From Nitrospirota bacterium (GTDB taxonomy: Bacteria; Nitrospirota; Nitrospiria; Nitrospirales; NS-4), in assembly GCA_005877815.1 (NCBI GenBank), contig VBOG01000107.1, positions 51,437 through 115,436 on the forward strand: a DNA stretch of 64,000 nt, in the 5' to 3' direction. The translations under genes were made by a program, and so were the position numbers. Shown piece by piece: positions 19,429-29,339 of the stretch (positions are counted from its first letter, which is position 1; every line of letters starts with the position of its first letter). The notes under the pieces were generated by a model. That model saw only the letters and a program-made list of their open reading frames with translations, searched no databases and was not told where the DNA came from.

Positions 19429-20514
19429 TCAATCCAAAAACTCGCGGTTCAAAATCGCCGACACCGTCAACACCGTAATCCCGATCATCACAACGGCCCA
19501 ACAGAGCAGTGCGATCGGCCGCTTGAAGATGTTGCGTTCGGGATTCCGGTCAATAAACGGCAGGGCCACCAACAGCAGCATGAACAATCCCGGAATGGCG
19601 ATTGCGCCCAGGAACTGCCCGAATTCACCGGAAAAGACCTTCCACCGCAGCAGTTGAAAAAGAAACAGGAAGTACCACTCCGGCTCGGGATGATAGTCCC
19701 CGGGATCGGGGGTCGCCTGCTCCAACAATTGCACCGGCTCGATCAGCGCAAGCGTCGAGATGATGAGAAAGACCACCCCCATCGCCATGATGTCTTTCCA
19801 GACCTGGCGGGGGAAGAAGAAGTCGGTCTTGGCCTTCAATTCGTCGGGCGTGCCGCGGAACGGTCCGGCAGGTCCCGCCGATCGGAACAAAAACAGGTGC
19901 AACCCCGCGAGTCCCATCAGGGCGCCAGGGAGAATCATCACGTGAATAACGAAGAATCGGCTGAGCGTCATCTGTCCAGGCGTCGGACCACCCTTGAGAA
20001 ATCGGGCGAGAAAATCTCCGATGACCGGCGTCTTATCCATAATCTCCACACCGACCGTCGTCGCCCAATAGGCCCGCTGATCCCACGGCAGGAGATAGCC
20101 GGTAAATCCAAACGCCATGACGAGTCCGAAGAGCGCCAGCCCCACAAGCCAGACCATTTCCCGTGGCTTTTTATATGCGCCCCACAAGAACACCTGCGAC
20201 ATGTGGGCAAAGACCATTACGACCATCGCCGAGGAACCCCAAAAATGGTAGCTCAGGATGTACCACCCGTAATCCACCTCATGGATGATGAACTGCGTGC
20301 TGGCATAGGCATGGTCCGCGCTGGGGATGTAATAGAACATCAGCAGCATACCCGTGATCGCCTGCATGATGAAGATGAACAGGAGGACCGACCCGAAGAC
20401 GTAGGCCCACCGTGAGCCACCCTTGATCGGCTCCTTCATCAACTTTGCTTCGAGGGTTTTGAGGCCGATGCGCTCCTCGACGAAGTCGTAGACTTGTTGG
20501 AACAAGGCGTTCAT
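19429..20514 (-). CDS. petB: cytochrome b of Rieske/cytochrome b complex
   Basis: YHFWG...FAHM, FTGYLLPWDQRAYW, RFFVIH...LH, PEWY. Confidence 0.95.
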   Translation of the reverse strand: MNALFQQVYDFVEERIGLKTLEAKLMKEPIKGGSRWAYVFGSVLLFIFIMQAITGMLLMFYYIPSADHAYASTQFIIHEVDYGWYILSYHFWGSSAMVVMVFAHMSQVFLWGAYKKPREMVWLVGLALFGLVMAFGFTGYLLPWDQRAYWATTVGVEIMDKTPVIGDFLARFLKGGPTPGQMTLSRFFVIHVMILPGALMGLAGLHLFLFRSAGPAGPFRGTPDELKAKTDFFFPRQVWKDIMAMGVVFLIISTLALIEPVQLLEQATPDPGDYHPEPEWYFLFLFQLLRWKVFSGEFGQFLGAIAIPGLFMLLLVALPFIDRNPERNIFKRPIALLCWAVVMIGITVLTVSAILNREFLD

Positions 20515-21459
20515 TTAGGCGATTCTGACCTGTTCTCGCTTGCCCGCCTTAAACTCAATGTCGATCACCTCGATCTCGCCCGCGGGCGAGATCTTGATCG
20601 GCAGCACGTCCAAGGGGCGCGGCGCCGGACCGTCCAGGACGGTGCCCGCCACATCGTAGATGGAGAGATGGCAGGGGCAGAGGAACACTTGGCCGCGGGT
20701 CTTGTGTGATCTCCATTTATACCCGCATCCAAGATGCGGGCATTTGCCTGAATAGGCGACATACGGCACCGTCGCTCTGTTTACCCACACGACATTTCCC
20801 ACGTTATCGGTGAAAGTGATATCCCCGTGCTGATAAATCTGCTTGAGCGTTGCCGGAGAGGCCTTCACCACCCAATTGTTCTTGTCTTCCTCGCGTTGAA
20901 GGACCGAATCGCGGAAGGACTTCTTGAAGGTGAACTGCACGCCGATGTCCTCTTGTTTGATCTTGCTGGTGTTCCCGATCTTCCACCATCGGTTGTCGAA
21001 CGGCGCATACATCGGTTTCATGACGTATTGCAGGACGGGCCACACAAACGGGAACCCGATCAACACCCCCATCAGCGTGGTAAAGCCCGTAAAAAACGTG
21101 CGGCGGGCGCAGCTTCGCTCTAATTCTGGAAATGGGACGAAGATTTCGCCAGGTTCGGCGTGAATCCGGTCTTCCAGGTGGGGAATCTCCACCTCTTTGG
21201 AGGACAGAAAATCGGCCCGAACGAACGCCGGGAACTCCGGAACCTGTGCCGATTTGCAGCTGAGCTCGACCGTATTCTCATCAGCCGACCGGATCGTCTC
21301 TACCGGCACTTGGCGTTCGGTCCCATTGGACTTGACGACGATGTGGCTGACCTCCAGCGTCAGGGGATCGGCAATCACATGCGAAACTTCGCCGATGGGG
21401 CCGTCCAGGCAACGGACCGTGGATTTGATTTTCGGTTGCAGCCCCATATGTTCCATCAT
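20515..21459 (-). CDS. Rieske 2Fe-2S protein with N-terminal PRC-barrel-like domain
   Basis: CPHLGC and CPCH boxes, GPAPRPL; internal RRTFF plus TM helix. Confidence 0.93.
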   Translation of the reverse strand: MMEHMGLQPKIKSTVRCLDGPIGEVSHVIADPLTLEVSHIVVKSNGTERQVPVETIRSADENTVELSCKSAQVPEFPAFVRADFLSSKEVEIPHLEDRIHAEPGEIFVPFPELERSCARRTFFTGFTTLMGVLIGFPFVWPVLQYVMKPMYAPFDNRWWKIGNTSKIKQEDIGVQFTFKKSFRDSVLQREEDKNNWVVKASPATLKQIYQHGDITFTDNVGNVVWVNRATVPYVAYSGKCPHLGCGYKWRSHKTRGQVFLCPCHLSIYDVAGTVLDGPAPRPLDVLPIKISPAGEIEVIDIEFKAGKREQVRIA

Positions 21460-21474
21460 GTCCCGGTGCAGGCT

Positions 21475-22308
21475 CTATTTCTTGATCGGCTTGGGCGTTT
21501 CGACCGAGGTATCCTTCAGACTGGACAGATAGGCGATGAGCGCGTCGACTTCCTGATCGGCCATGAGTTCCTTATATTTGTCGGGCATCAATTTCTTGGC
21601 ATATTCCTTGTCGAACCCCTCGGCCATCCAGGCTCGGGGGTTCAACAGTTTTTCTTTGAGCTCTTCCGGCTTCATCAGATTGCCGATGTTGTCGAGAATA
21701 GGCCCGCGCTTTTTCACAGACCCTTTGCCGCCGATCTTGTGGCAGTTGTAACATTCCTGCAACTCGTACTGATCTTTGCCGAGCGCGATCAAATCACCCC
21801 CACCTCCTGCGGACTTCGCTGCCGCGGCCCCGCCGGTGCTTCCTGTCGAAGCAGCGATCGACTTCACTTCCGCCCCGCCGATCGTCTCAAGGCGCTTCAT
21901 GATGGCCTGGCTTCGTGCGTTCAGTTCTTCGCTCCGCTTCAGCAGCTCATCCACCTTGCCCTTCTCGGTCATGGCAAGTTTTGGCTTCACGATTTTGTCG
22001 ATTTTGCCTTTCTCCACCGAGGGATCATACTGCGGCAGCACATTGGCTCCTGCGATGAACGCCCCGGAGACCAAGGCGTAGAACGCGACCAACGCAGCGA
22101 TTGCTTTGGCACCGGTGAAGCTCGGCAAGGCCGGCGCATCAAGGAGAATATAGACAATGGTTCCCAATAATACATAGAGCATGAACATGATCTGAAAGAC
22201 GGGCGGAAAATGCATCAGCTTGGCCGCGACGAACACCACAACGGCAATGACGGCCCCAAGGATGCCTTTGGTTACAACGAGACGGAGAAGACTTTTCTCT
22301 TCCGGCAT
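21475..22308 (-). CDS. membrane-anchored monoheme cytochrome c
   Basis: Three TM segments, CYNCH, LMPD. Confidence 0.87.
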   Translation of the reverse strand: MPEEKSLLRLVVTKGILGAVIAVVVFVAAKLMHFPPVFQIMFMLYVLLGTIVYILLDAPALPSFTGAKAIAALVAFYALVSGAFIAGANVLPQYDPSVEKGKIDKIVKPKLAMTEKGKVDELLKRSEELNARSQAIMKRLETIGGAEVKSIAASTGSTGGAAAAKSAGGGGDLIALGKDQYELQECYNCHKIGGKGSVKKRGPILDNIGNLMKPEELKEKLLNPRAWMAEGFDKEYAKKLMPDKYKELMADQEVDALIAYLSSLKDTSVETPKPIKK

Positions 22309-22314
22309 GGCTTC

Positions 22315-24180
22315 CTATTTGGCGCCGGCGGGCACCGGCACCGCCTTCGGGACTTCCGCGACGGCCTTGTCCTTGCCAGTGCGCAGCGTCAATACGATGG
22401 CAAAACTGACGATGATATAAAAGGTCACCGTGATGCCCGTGATCAACCAACTGGAATACGCCAACGTCGGTGTAAAGGATTCCGGAGTAAAGTCGTACTG
22501 GAGGTTGAACACGTGGAAATACTTTCGGGTCAGCTCCCGTACGACGCCCATGAGTCCCATCGTCCAAATGGCGCTGAAGGCCAAAAAGACCAGGACGAAC
22601 TGGCTCACGAAGTCAATTTTTCCCCAGATGATCCGCCCGTTGCGCAACGCGCGGTTATACATGATGTAATTAATGATCGTGACGAATACCAGCGTGAAGG
22701 CCGCTGCGTTCTTCGCGGGCATCAATGCCAGCATGTCCCACGAGATGGTGATAAAGCCCAGGCTGACCTCTCCGTGAGGCAGACTGAGAGAGCCATCATC
22801 GGGGGCGAGCGCTTGGGTCGCGACGAAGGCATGGGGCGTCATCCAAATGGCATTGCCGATGATGACCATGAGGAACGCCACTTTCACCATCGTCTGAGAG
22901 GACACCGTCCAGGGAATTATTTTTCCGATGAGCAACCAGGCTCCAACATAGACGGCTGGAATGATGAAGGCCATCTTGTCGGGGATGGGAAACTTCGTCC
23001 AGACCATCATGAAGACGACGGGCACACTGACCATCAGCAGCAATGTTGCAAGGGACATCCGGATCCGCTCAATCCCTTCGATCCGTTTCATGCTCAACCA
23101 GATGTAATAATTACTCGCAAGAAAGATGAGCCCGACCATCGCGCCCTGCATCTCGAAGAACATAGAGAGTTGATCGGCCATCATGTATGGACAGATCGAC
23201 GCGTCGTAATCGCACAATTCGTAGGCCAATAAGTAGCCGGCGAAAGGAAGGACCAGCAGCGCACCCACCCCGATCATGTTTCCCACGAAACCGAACCAAT
23301 CGTAAAAGGCCCGATCCTCATCGGTTTTCGAGGCCAGATACATGTAGGCGGCGATGAGGCCTGCGATGAACCCGCCAAACACCACATTGCCGACGGTGCG
23401 ATGGATGTTTAACGGCCACCAAGTGTAGTTGTCCATCTTATCCCATAGCGTGGCGGTCGTTTCGATGAACGTCTTGAGGTCCAATCCTTCGGCGGACTTG
23501 ACCGGCGTGTTCATGAACGAGGTGGGGCCGTCGATCACAAAGAGCGTAACCAGGCCCACGATATTCAGCAACGCGCCAAGCGCGATGTGCCGACCCTTCT
23601 TCGGACCTTGCAACGCGTCCCAGGTATACCAATACAGATACAGAATGATCGTCTCCGCGATGAACAGGAGCGGGTAGATGATCGCGAAGACCGCAAAAAA
23701 GTGGTTGATCAGCCATGCGGTGAACTGGGGATACGTGGCGAGCAGCACGAAGATGAAGAGTCCCCCTGTGAGGGCCGTCATGCTGTACAGAATGACCGTG
23801 ACTTTCGTGACTTCCTTGGCCAGCCGTTCGTACCGATACCGCGCAGCATAGTTCTCTCCGCTCAGCCAACCCAGAATCTCGCTCACGACGATGAAGATCG
23901 GCGCCCCGAGAATAAACGCGGCGAAGAGGATGTGGAGTTGCGCCACGACCCAGACAGCGGCGCGGTTCCCGCCGAGAGGAAAAGTGTGCGCCTTGGGCTC
24001 GGGAAGTTGCGCATAGGCGGCCGCCACGCCAAGCAACAGGATGAGTGTCACCGCAAAAGCCGCCGTCACGCCGCTACTCACCGCAAAACGCGGCATCCGC
24101 AGCCCGGACGTGTTCGTGCGCCATTGCATCCACCGGGCCGCCGAAGAACCGCCCGGCGCTTTGAGTCGCCAGATCTTCAT
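22315..24180 (-). CDS. second cytochrome bd-like oxidase subunit I paralog
   Basis: AQLHILFAAFILG, AETIILYLYWYTW, LNIHRTVGN; paralogous to 16732-18564. Confidence 0.85.
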   Translation of the reverse strand: MKIWRLKAPGGSSAARWMQWRTNTSGLRMPRFAVSSGVTAAFAVTLILLLGVAAAYAQLPEPKAHTFPLGGNRAAVWVVAQLHILFAAFILGAPIFIVVSEILGWLSGENYAARYRYERLAKEVTKVTVILYSMTALTGGLFIFVLLATYPQFTAWLINHFFAVFAIIYPLLFIAETIILYLYWYTWDALQGPKKGRHIALGALLNIVGLVTLFVIDGPTSFMNTPVKSAEGLDLKTFIETTATLWDKMDNYTWWPLNIHRTVGNVVFGGFIAGLIAAYMYLASKTDEDRAFYDWFGFVGNMIGVGALLVLPFAGYLLAYELCDYDASICPYMMADQLSMFFEMQGAMVGLIFLASNYYIWLSMKRIEGIERIRMSLATLLLMVSVPVVFMMVWTKFPIPDKMAFIIPAVYVGAWLLIGKIIPWTVSSQTMVKVAFLMVIIGNAIWMTPHAFVATQALAPDDGSLSLPHGEVSLGFITISWDMLALMPAKNAAAFTLVFVTIINYIMYNRALRNGRIIWGKIDFVSQFVLVFLAFSAIWTMGLMGVVRELTRKYFHVFNLQYDFTPESFTPTLAYSSWLITGITVTFYIIVSFAIVLTLRTGKDKAVAEVPKAVPVPAGAK

Positions 24181-24218
24181 GATCCTCGCCGATCCCTTCT
24201 ATCCATGCCGGAAGTCAA

Positions 24219-24800
24219 TCACTTCCCACCCTTCGCAGGAGCCGGCTCTGCCGGCTTGCCGTCAGTCGCCGGAGCGGCCGCGCCAGGCGCGCTGGCAGGT
24301 GCACTCGCTGCCGGAGCCGGCTTGCCGAGATCTGCCACAGGTACCCACTCTTGCCTGGCCACGTCATAGGCCATCCCGGGAAGACCGAAGTTGCGCTCAT
24401 AGGTCATCACCTTCCAACGGTCCTCTTCGTTCAACTTGCTTTTCCAGGCCTTCATTTTGGTGTTCGGAACGCCTTCCGAAATCCTCCAGAGCCAGACGCT
24501 GTCCGAATACAACTTCATCCGTTCGCCTTTCCGGAAGTCACGAGCCCCGGCCTTCACCGGCTTGCCATCCTTGCCGTGGCAGGAGGAGCAGTTCACATCG
24601 ATATTCTTGACCCCTTCAAAGATTTCTTTGCCTTCGGCCATGATCTTCGGGTCAGTCCACCAGCCCGCCGGCATATGCTTGTCCGCAAACTCCGGGGGAG
24701 CAGGCGGCGGAGGGGCCGTGCTTTCCTTCTCTTCCGCACATCCCACAAGAAACCCTGCACCGCTGATCAACACCATTCCAAGGACATATCGGATGTTCAT
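24219..24800 (-). CDS. monoheme cytochrome c lipoprotein with Pro/Ala-rich tail
   Basis: LVGC lipobox, CSSCH, GVPNTKM. Confidence 0.87.
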   Translation of the reverse strand: MNIRYVLGMVLISGAGFLVGCAEEKESTAPPPPAPPEFADKHMPAGWWTDPKIMAEGKEIFEGVKNIDVNCSSCHGKDGKPVKAGARDFRKGERMKLYSDSVWLWRISEGVPNTKMKAWKSKLNEEDRWKVMTYERNFGLPGMAYDVARQEWVPVADLGKPAPAASAPASAPGAAAPATDGKPAEPAPAKGGK

Positions 24801-24931
24801 AGCCGTCTTCCGCTCCTTTCGCCTCATGATCTGCGTCTTAAAAATAGTGCCCTGCGCATAAAAAAGACGCTTTTCCTGCGGGTGACCTTACCCACAAACA
24901 AAAGCGCCTCTGCGAATGTTCTTCCAAGGAC

Positions 24932-25489
24932 TTAGCGTTTCTTTCTCCGCCGTTTTGATTCCGTCGCCCGCTTTCGGCGGCCCCACATGACTGCGGCCAA
25001 GGCAGCCGTGCCAATCAACACCCCTCCGGCAACATAGGACCACGTTCGATCGCCGGCGTCCGGGTCTTGGTCCAATGAGGGTCCAAAATTAATTTTGGCT
25101 TGTCGTTCGGTTTTCGCGTCGCGAGGATTGAACTCGGCTCGAACGTCTTTCGCATCCTCTAATCCGACCTTCTCCTCACGGACAGAGATTTGCACTTGGT
25201 CACCCGCATTGTCATTGTGGAGATGGAGAACCGCTTTGTAATATCCCTTCCGGTCGGTGTATGTCGTGACGCCTTCGATCTTCTGATCCCGTAGATCACG
25301 GACGTATACCCGGGCATCGCCGACCGGCGTGCCGTCCTTGTCCCGCACATATCCTGACACGGTGAATCGGTGATCTGTTTCGTGCATGGCATCCGCCGGA
25401 CCGGGCCACATCATTTCGGTCCCGATACACCCGCATGCCAGAGTGAGGAAGAAGACCTTGAGACGACGCGAAGGCCACGATTGCATCAC
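24932..25489 (-). CDS. exported beta-sandwich (carboxypeptidase regulatory-like) protein with C-terminal TM anchor
   Basis: Signal peptide, FTVSGYVRDKDGTPV...TDRKGYY, C-terminal TM then basic tail. Confidence 0.7.
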   Translation of the reverse strand: MMQSWPSRRLKVFFLTLACGCIGTEMMWPGPADAMHETDHRFTVSGYVRDKDGTPVGDARVYVRDLRDQKIEGVTTYTDRKGYYKAVLHLHNDNAGDQVQISVREEKVGLEDAKDVRAEFNPRDAKTERQAKINFGPSLDQDPDAGDRTWSYVAGGVLIGTAALAAVMWGRRKRATESKRRRKKR

Positions 25490-25680
25490 CGTAAAAATAA
25501 CTTAAAAAACCCCTAGAAAGCGTGGGCCTATCTAACATAGACGCCTACTTTTGTCAATAAATTTTGCGGAGTTTGGAGGCCTGTTTGTACGTCGTTTCAT
25601 GCGGGTCACAGGAGGGGCGCCTTGACACCATGAATGGACACCGGTTAGCGTCTGCTGCCGTGAAGAAAATCAAGAGGAAC

Positions 25681-26472
25681 ATGCCGAAGGGGGAACTTCG
25701 CCGGCCGACCTTCGTCATTGGATACGCGGCTCCGGAACCCATCCCGCCGGGGTTTCTCGTCGCCTGGTTCAATGACGAATACGGGGGTCCGCTGAAGATC
25801 GACGTCTCACCGGATTTTCAGGTCACTCAGTTCGAAGCTCATCACGGTCCGTGGAGTGCGCTCGTCGACCCCAATCTTCCCCCGTCTATCTCCGATCCAT
25901 GGCGTGAACGCCTCGGATGGGGTCACCAAAGAAGCGCACACGTCCTTCCGCTTCGTCCGGTGGGGCTCGACGTGCGAGACGTGGTGCTACACGTCGCCAG
26001 ACTTGCGCGAGGCCTCACGCTACTGACGGGAGGAACCGCACACGATGTCGCCACCGAAACCTATTTCAATCCGTCGGATTGGACGGACCGCCCGCTTCGT
26101 CAATTTCGCATAGCCGATCACCTTCGCATCGAGCAGGTAAGTGGCCGAGAAGACGGGCGGGTGTGGTTCCATACTAGGGGATTATCGAAATTCGGCCTTG
26201 AGGATATCGAAGCATTTCGACCGGCCGGGCTGTCTGAACGGTCCACGATCGAAGCGCTCAGCGAGATCGCCGAAGCGCTGATTGAGCGAGGCAAATCACC
26301 GACGGTCGGAGAGCAGTTTGACGTGCCGGCTCTGAACCGGTCGGTTCGCATCGTGCGCCATCGAACGGATCAGTCCTATGGCATCCTGCTGCACCTGAGG
26401 GAGATCGAATGGGATGAGCCTGGGGCAAATGCGGGCTCCTCCCCGTTGAGAAGGAATCTGGAGGACCGTTAG
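25681..26472 (+). CDS. hypothetical protein (DUF4261-like C-terminus)
   Basis: GAGG RBS before MPKGE; HTRGLSKFGLEDIE motif. Confidence 0.6.
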   Translation: MPKGELRRPTFVIGYAAPEPIPPGFLVAWFNDEYGGPLKIDVSPDFQVTQFEAHHGPWSALVDPNLPPSISDPWRERLGWGHQRSAHVLPLRPVGLDVRDVVLHVARLARGLTLLTGGTAHDVATETYFNPSDWTDRPLRQFRIADHLRIEQVSGREDGRVWFHTRGLSKFGLEDIEAFRPAGLSERSTIEALSEIAEALIERGKSPTVGEQFDVPALNRSVRIVRHRTDQSYGILLHLREIEWDEPGANAGSSPLRRNLEDR

Positions 26473-27266
26473 GCCGTCTGCGGCGGTGGCGATGCAAGGC
26501 CGAAGATATCGGCGTAGGCCGCCCCGAACATGCATCCTGAGAGGGCAATCCCCAATCCGCCACCGATCATCGTTCCACTGAGGAGGCCGACCATCATTCC
26601 CAGATTCACCTGAGCCCCCGTCTCTGGCAGCACGAGAGGCAGATCATCAAGACTGACTTCCGGAAAGTAGCCGGTTAAGACGTAGCCGAGCGGAAAGCCC
26701 AGCAGCGCCGCGCCGAATATGCCCCCGCCCATGATCAACAACAACATCACCCCCGTCAACCAGAAGATCCCCCACCAGTTCCGGGTCACCACCCGGCGGC
26801 TTGCCTCGAGTGCTTGCCAGGCTCCCAGGTGCCGGTCCGCAATCAGCATGTAGGAAAAGCTGTAGGCCACGATCAGATAGATGCCAGGGAGCACGAACAA
26901 CAGAAGTCCGGCCGCGATCAAAAGAAGCGCCAGCACGGTGCTGACCACCAGCCTCCCCACGGTCTCCCAATCAGGAAAAAAGTCCGCGAACGTAGAGGTC
27001 CGGTTTCGAAGTTGCCCCCACGTCGCCATGGCAATGCCGGCCATCATGATGACCTGCACGGCAATACTTAGAAGCTGCCCGAAGACAGGCGTCAGCAGTG
27101 GGAGCGCTTGCGAAATGACGATGAAGACAAGGGCAAAAGCGATGAATCCGAGGGGATAATTTCTGAACGCCTGCCAACCTTCCTCAAGATAATTGAAGGG
27201 CTGGACGGCATATCCGTTGGAGATGAGATCCTCCAGGGAGCGGGGCTGGGTCGGTCCGTCCGCCAT
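26469..27266 (-). CDS. hypothetical integral membrane protein
   Basis: 265 aa, multiple TM segments, LPGIYL and ALEASRR pattern of small conserved membrane families. Confidence 0.7.
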   Translation of the reverse strand: MADGPTQPRSLEDLISNGYAVQPFNYLEEGWQAFRNYPLGFIAFALVFIVISQALPLLTPVFGQLLSIAVQVIMMAGIAMATWGQLRNRTSTFADFFPDWETVGRLVVSTVLALLLIAAGLLLFVLPGIYLIVAYSFSYMLIADRHLGAWQALEASRRVVTRNWWGIFWLTGVMLLLIMGGGIFGAALLGFPLGYVLTGYFPEVSLDDLPLVLPETGAQVNLGMMVGLLSGTMIGGGLGIALSGCMFGAAYADIFGLASPPPQTA

Positions 27267-27287
27267 GCTGGTGCCCGCCGGGGAAGC

Positions 27288-27671
27288 TCAGAGATGTCCG
27301 CGCGCGCGCGCGTCGGCCGCGATGCGGTCTGCCTCGGCTTTTCGGTCCGATTCCTTTTTCTTCACCCACGCCTCCCACGATTTTCCAGAGGCGGTGTCCT
27401 CGCCCGTGAACATCACCGCGACGATCTCAGCATAGCGGATTCGACGGGGGGTGGAATCTCCTGCAAGATACATTTGAAGCGAAGGCGAGGGGTCATCGGC
27501 GCACCGGTTGAAAATGTACCCTTCAATGCGCTCTCCGGATCGCAGTTCCAGCGTCACATCGCCGCGGTAATCGAACGCCCGCTCCAGCGCTTCCGCGAGA
27601 TCGGCGGGATTCGTCGGACGATAGCTCCGCGCTTCACATCGTCCGGAGCTGTCGAGCGTCGTGTCGGACAC
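27288..27671 (-). CDS. conserved-looking hypothetical protein, possible Sm-like fold
   Basis: AFDYRGDVTLELRSGERIEGYIFNR; 14 bp downstream of hpnH. Confidence 0.65.
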   Translation of the reverse strand: MSDTTLDSSGRCEARSYRPTNPADLAEALERAFDYRGDVTLELRSGERIEGYIFNRCADDPSPSLQMYLAGDSTPRRIRYAEIVAVMFTGEDTASGKSWEAWVKKKESDRKAEADRIAADARARGHL

Positions 27672-27685
27672 GGATCGGCGGGCGA

Positions 27686-28702
27686 CTATCGCGCGGTCGG
27701 AATTAATGTTGCCTGAACGGTCCGGGTGAAGCCCTTGAAAGACCCGAAGGTATCGTTGACGGCCGACGCTTCATACCCGCAGTGCACCATGCAATCCGCG
27801 CACTGCTCGTGCCGTCCGGTTCCGTATTGCTCCCACTTCGTCTTATTCATGAGTTCCTGGAAAGTGGCCGCGTACCCTTCTTGCAACAGATAACAGGGTT
27901 TTTGCCACCCGAAAATATTAAAGGTGGGGTTGCCCCATGGGGTACACTGATAATCCTTCTTCCCCATGAGAAAATCGAGGAAGAGAGGCGACTGATTGAA
28001 CCGCCACCCTTTCTTCGGATGATGAAGGATGCGGCGGAACAGGTCGCGGGTGCGCTCCCGCTTCAGGAAATTTTTCTGGTCGGGAGCCTTCTCGTAGCTG
28101 TATCCTGGAGACACCATCATCCCTTCCACTCCTAGCTCCATCATCGCATCGAAAAATTGCCTCACGCGCTCGGGTTCAGCATCGTTGAACAGGGTCGTGT
28201 TAGTGGTGACGCGAAATCCACGGCTGAGCGCAGCTTTGACCGCCTTCACCGCGACCTCATAGATCCCGTCTCGACAGACGGCCAGATCATGCTCTTCTTT
28301 GAGCCCATCCATGTGAATGCTGAAGGTCAGGTATTTGGAAGGCGTGTACTCATCCAGCTTGCGCTCCAACAGAATGGCGTTCGTGCACAAATAGACATAT
28401 TTTTTCCGGTGGACCAATCCCTTCACGATCGCGGCCATTTCGGGATGGATCAGCGGTTCCCCGCCGGGAATACTGACGATCGGCGCGCCGCATTCTTCAG
28501 CTGCCTTCCAACACTGCTCGGGGGTCAAGCGCCGGTCGAGCACATGATCCGGGTACTGAATTTTTCCGCAACCGGCGCATGCCAGGTTGCACCGGAACAA
28601 CGGCTCCAGCATCATCACAAGCGGATACCGCTCAACACCCTTGAGTTTTTGCGTCAGCACATATTTGGCGACCGTGAACATCTGCAAGATCGGAACAGCC
28701 AA
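27686..28702 (-). CDS. hpnH: adenosylhopane synthase, radical SAM
   Basis: YPLVMMLEPLFRCNLACAGCGKI, CTPWGNPT, CADCMVHCGYE; TTG start after GGAGG. Confidence 0.93.
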   Translation of the reverse strand: MAVPILQMFTVAKYVLTQKLKGVERYPLVMMLEPLFRCNLACAGCGKIQYPDHVLDRRLTPEQCWKAAEECGAPIVSIPGGEPLIHPEMAAIVKGLVHRKKYVYLCTNAILLERKLDEYTPSKYLTFSIHMDGLKEEHDLAVCRDGIYEVAVKAVKAALSRGFRVTTNTTLFNDAEPERVRQFFDAMMELGVEGMMVSPGYSYEKAPDQKNFLKRERTRDLFRRILHHPKKGWRFNQSPLFLDFLMGKKDYQCTPWGNPTFNIFGWQKPCYLLQEGYAATFQELMNKTKWEQYGTGRHEQCADCMVHCGYEASAVNDTFGSFKGFTRTVQATLIPTAR

Positions 28703-28901
28703 GGCATGCCCTCCATGTGTAGCTGCTAAACCGCGCCTCGAGGAACGCGTAGCCAAATGCGATAAGAAGTTGGGAAATCACTCTATCATCGGATGGAGCC
28801 TACGTCAATGCTGACGATCCGCCAGAAGCGCTTCCGCATGACTGTGCAGACCATCGTGCGAATGGTATGATACGTCCCTAGAGAGAGAGGGCCTGAAAGA
28901 A

Positions 28902-29309
28902 ATGCCGCACTTCACGAGACGCCTCACGACGTGGCTGTTTGCCATCCTGACCTTGGCCTCGACGGCCAGTGCCGGCACCGTCGATCTGACCGGGGAATGG
29001 GAAATTCAAGAAGAGGAACGGACGTATACCGCCACGCTCGATCGCGACGGCAACGGCACGTACACGTGGCAAAACGGCCGCATTGCAACGACCTCTTCTA
29101 CGGACGGCCGATGGGAAGGACTATGGACGCAAACCGGAAATGACCGCGAGGGGGGGTTCGAGATCCAGCTTTCCAGCGACGGCTCGCGAGCGGAGGGCAA
29201 GTGGTGGTACACCAGAGTGGGACAAACCATCATTCCCCCGCGGGAATGGGGCGGTCCCTATACGTGGAAGCGATTAACGCCTGCGCCCGTTTCCTCGTCC
29301 GCTCCCTAG
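28902..29309 (+). CDS. small secreted beta-rich hypothetical protein
   Basis: Signal peptide ASA, DLTGEW start, Trp/Gly-rich strands. Confidence 0.7.
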   Translation: MPHFTRRLTTWLFAILTLASTASAGTVDLTGEWEIQEEERTYTATLDRDGNGTYTWQNGRIATTSSTDGRWEGLWTQTGNDREGGFEIQLSSDGSRAEGKWWYTRVGQTIIPPREWGGPYTWKRLTPAPVSSSAP

Positions 29310-29339
29310 TTCTTCTGGCCTTCCGTTCAGCGCCCCGAG

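Noticed and set aside
19411-23232. Several 330-340 aa plus-strand ORFs
   Set aside because: Shadows of respiratory genes caused by GC-rich codon bias; no motifs.
24230-24330. GC-rich quasi-repeats (also 9690-9760)
   Set aside because: Explained by Pro/Ala and Gly-rich protein tails; not CRISPR or DNA repeats.
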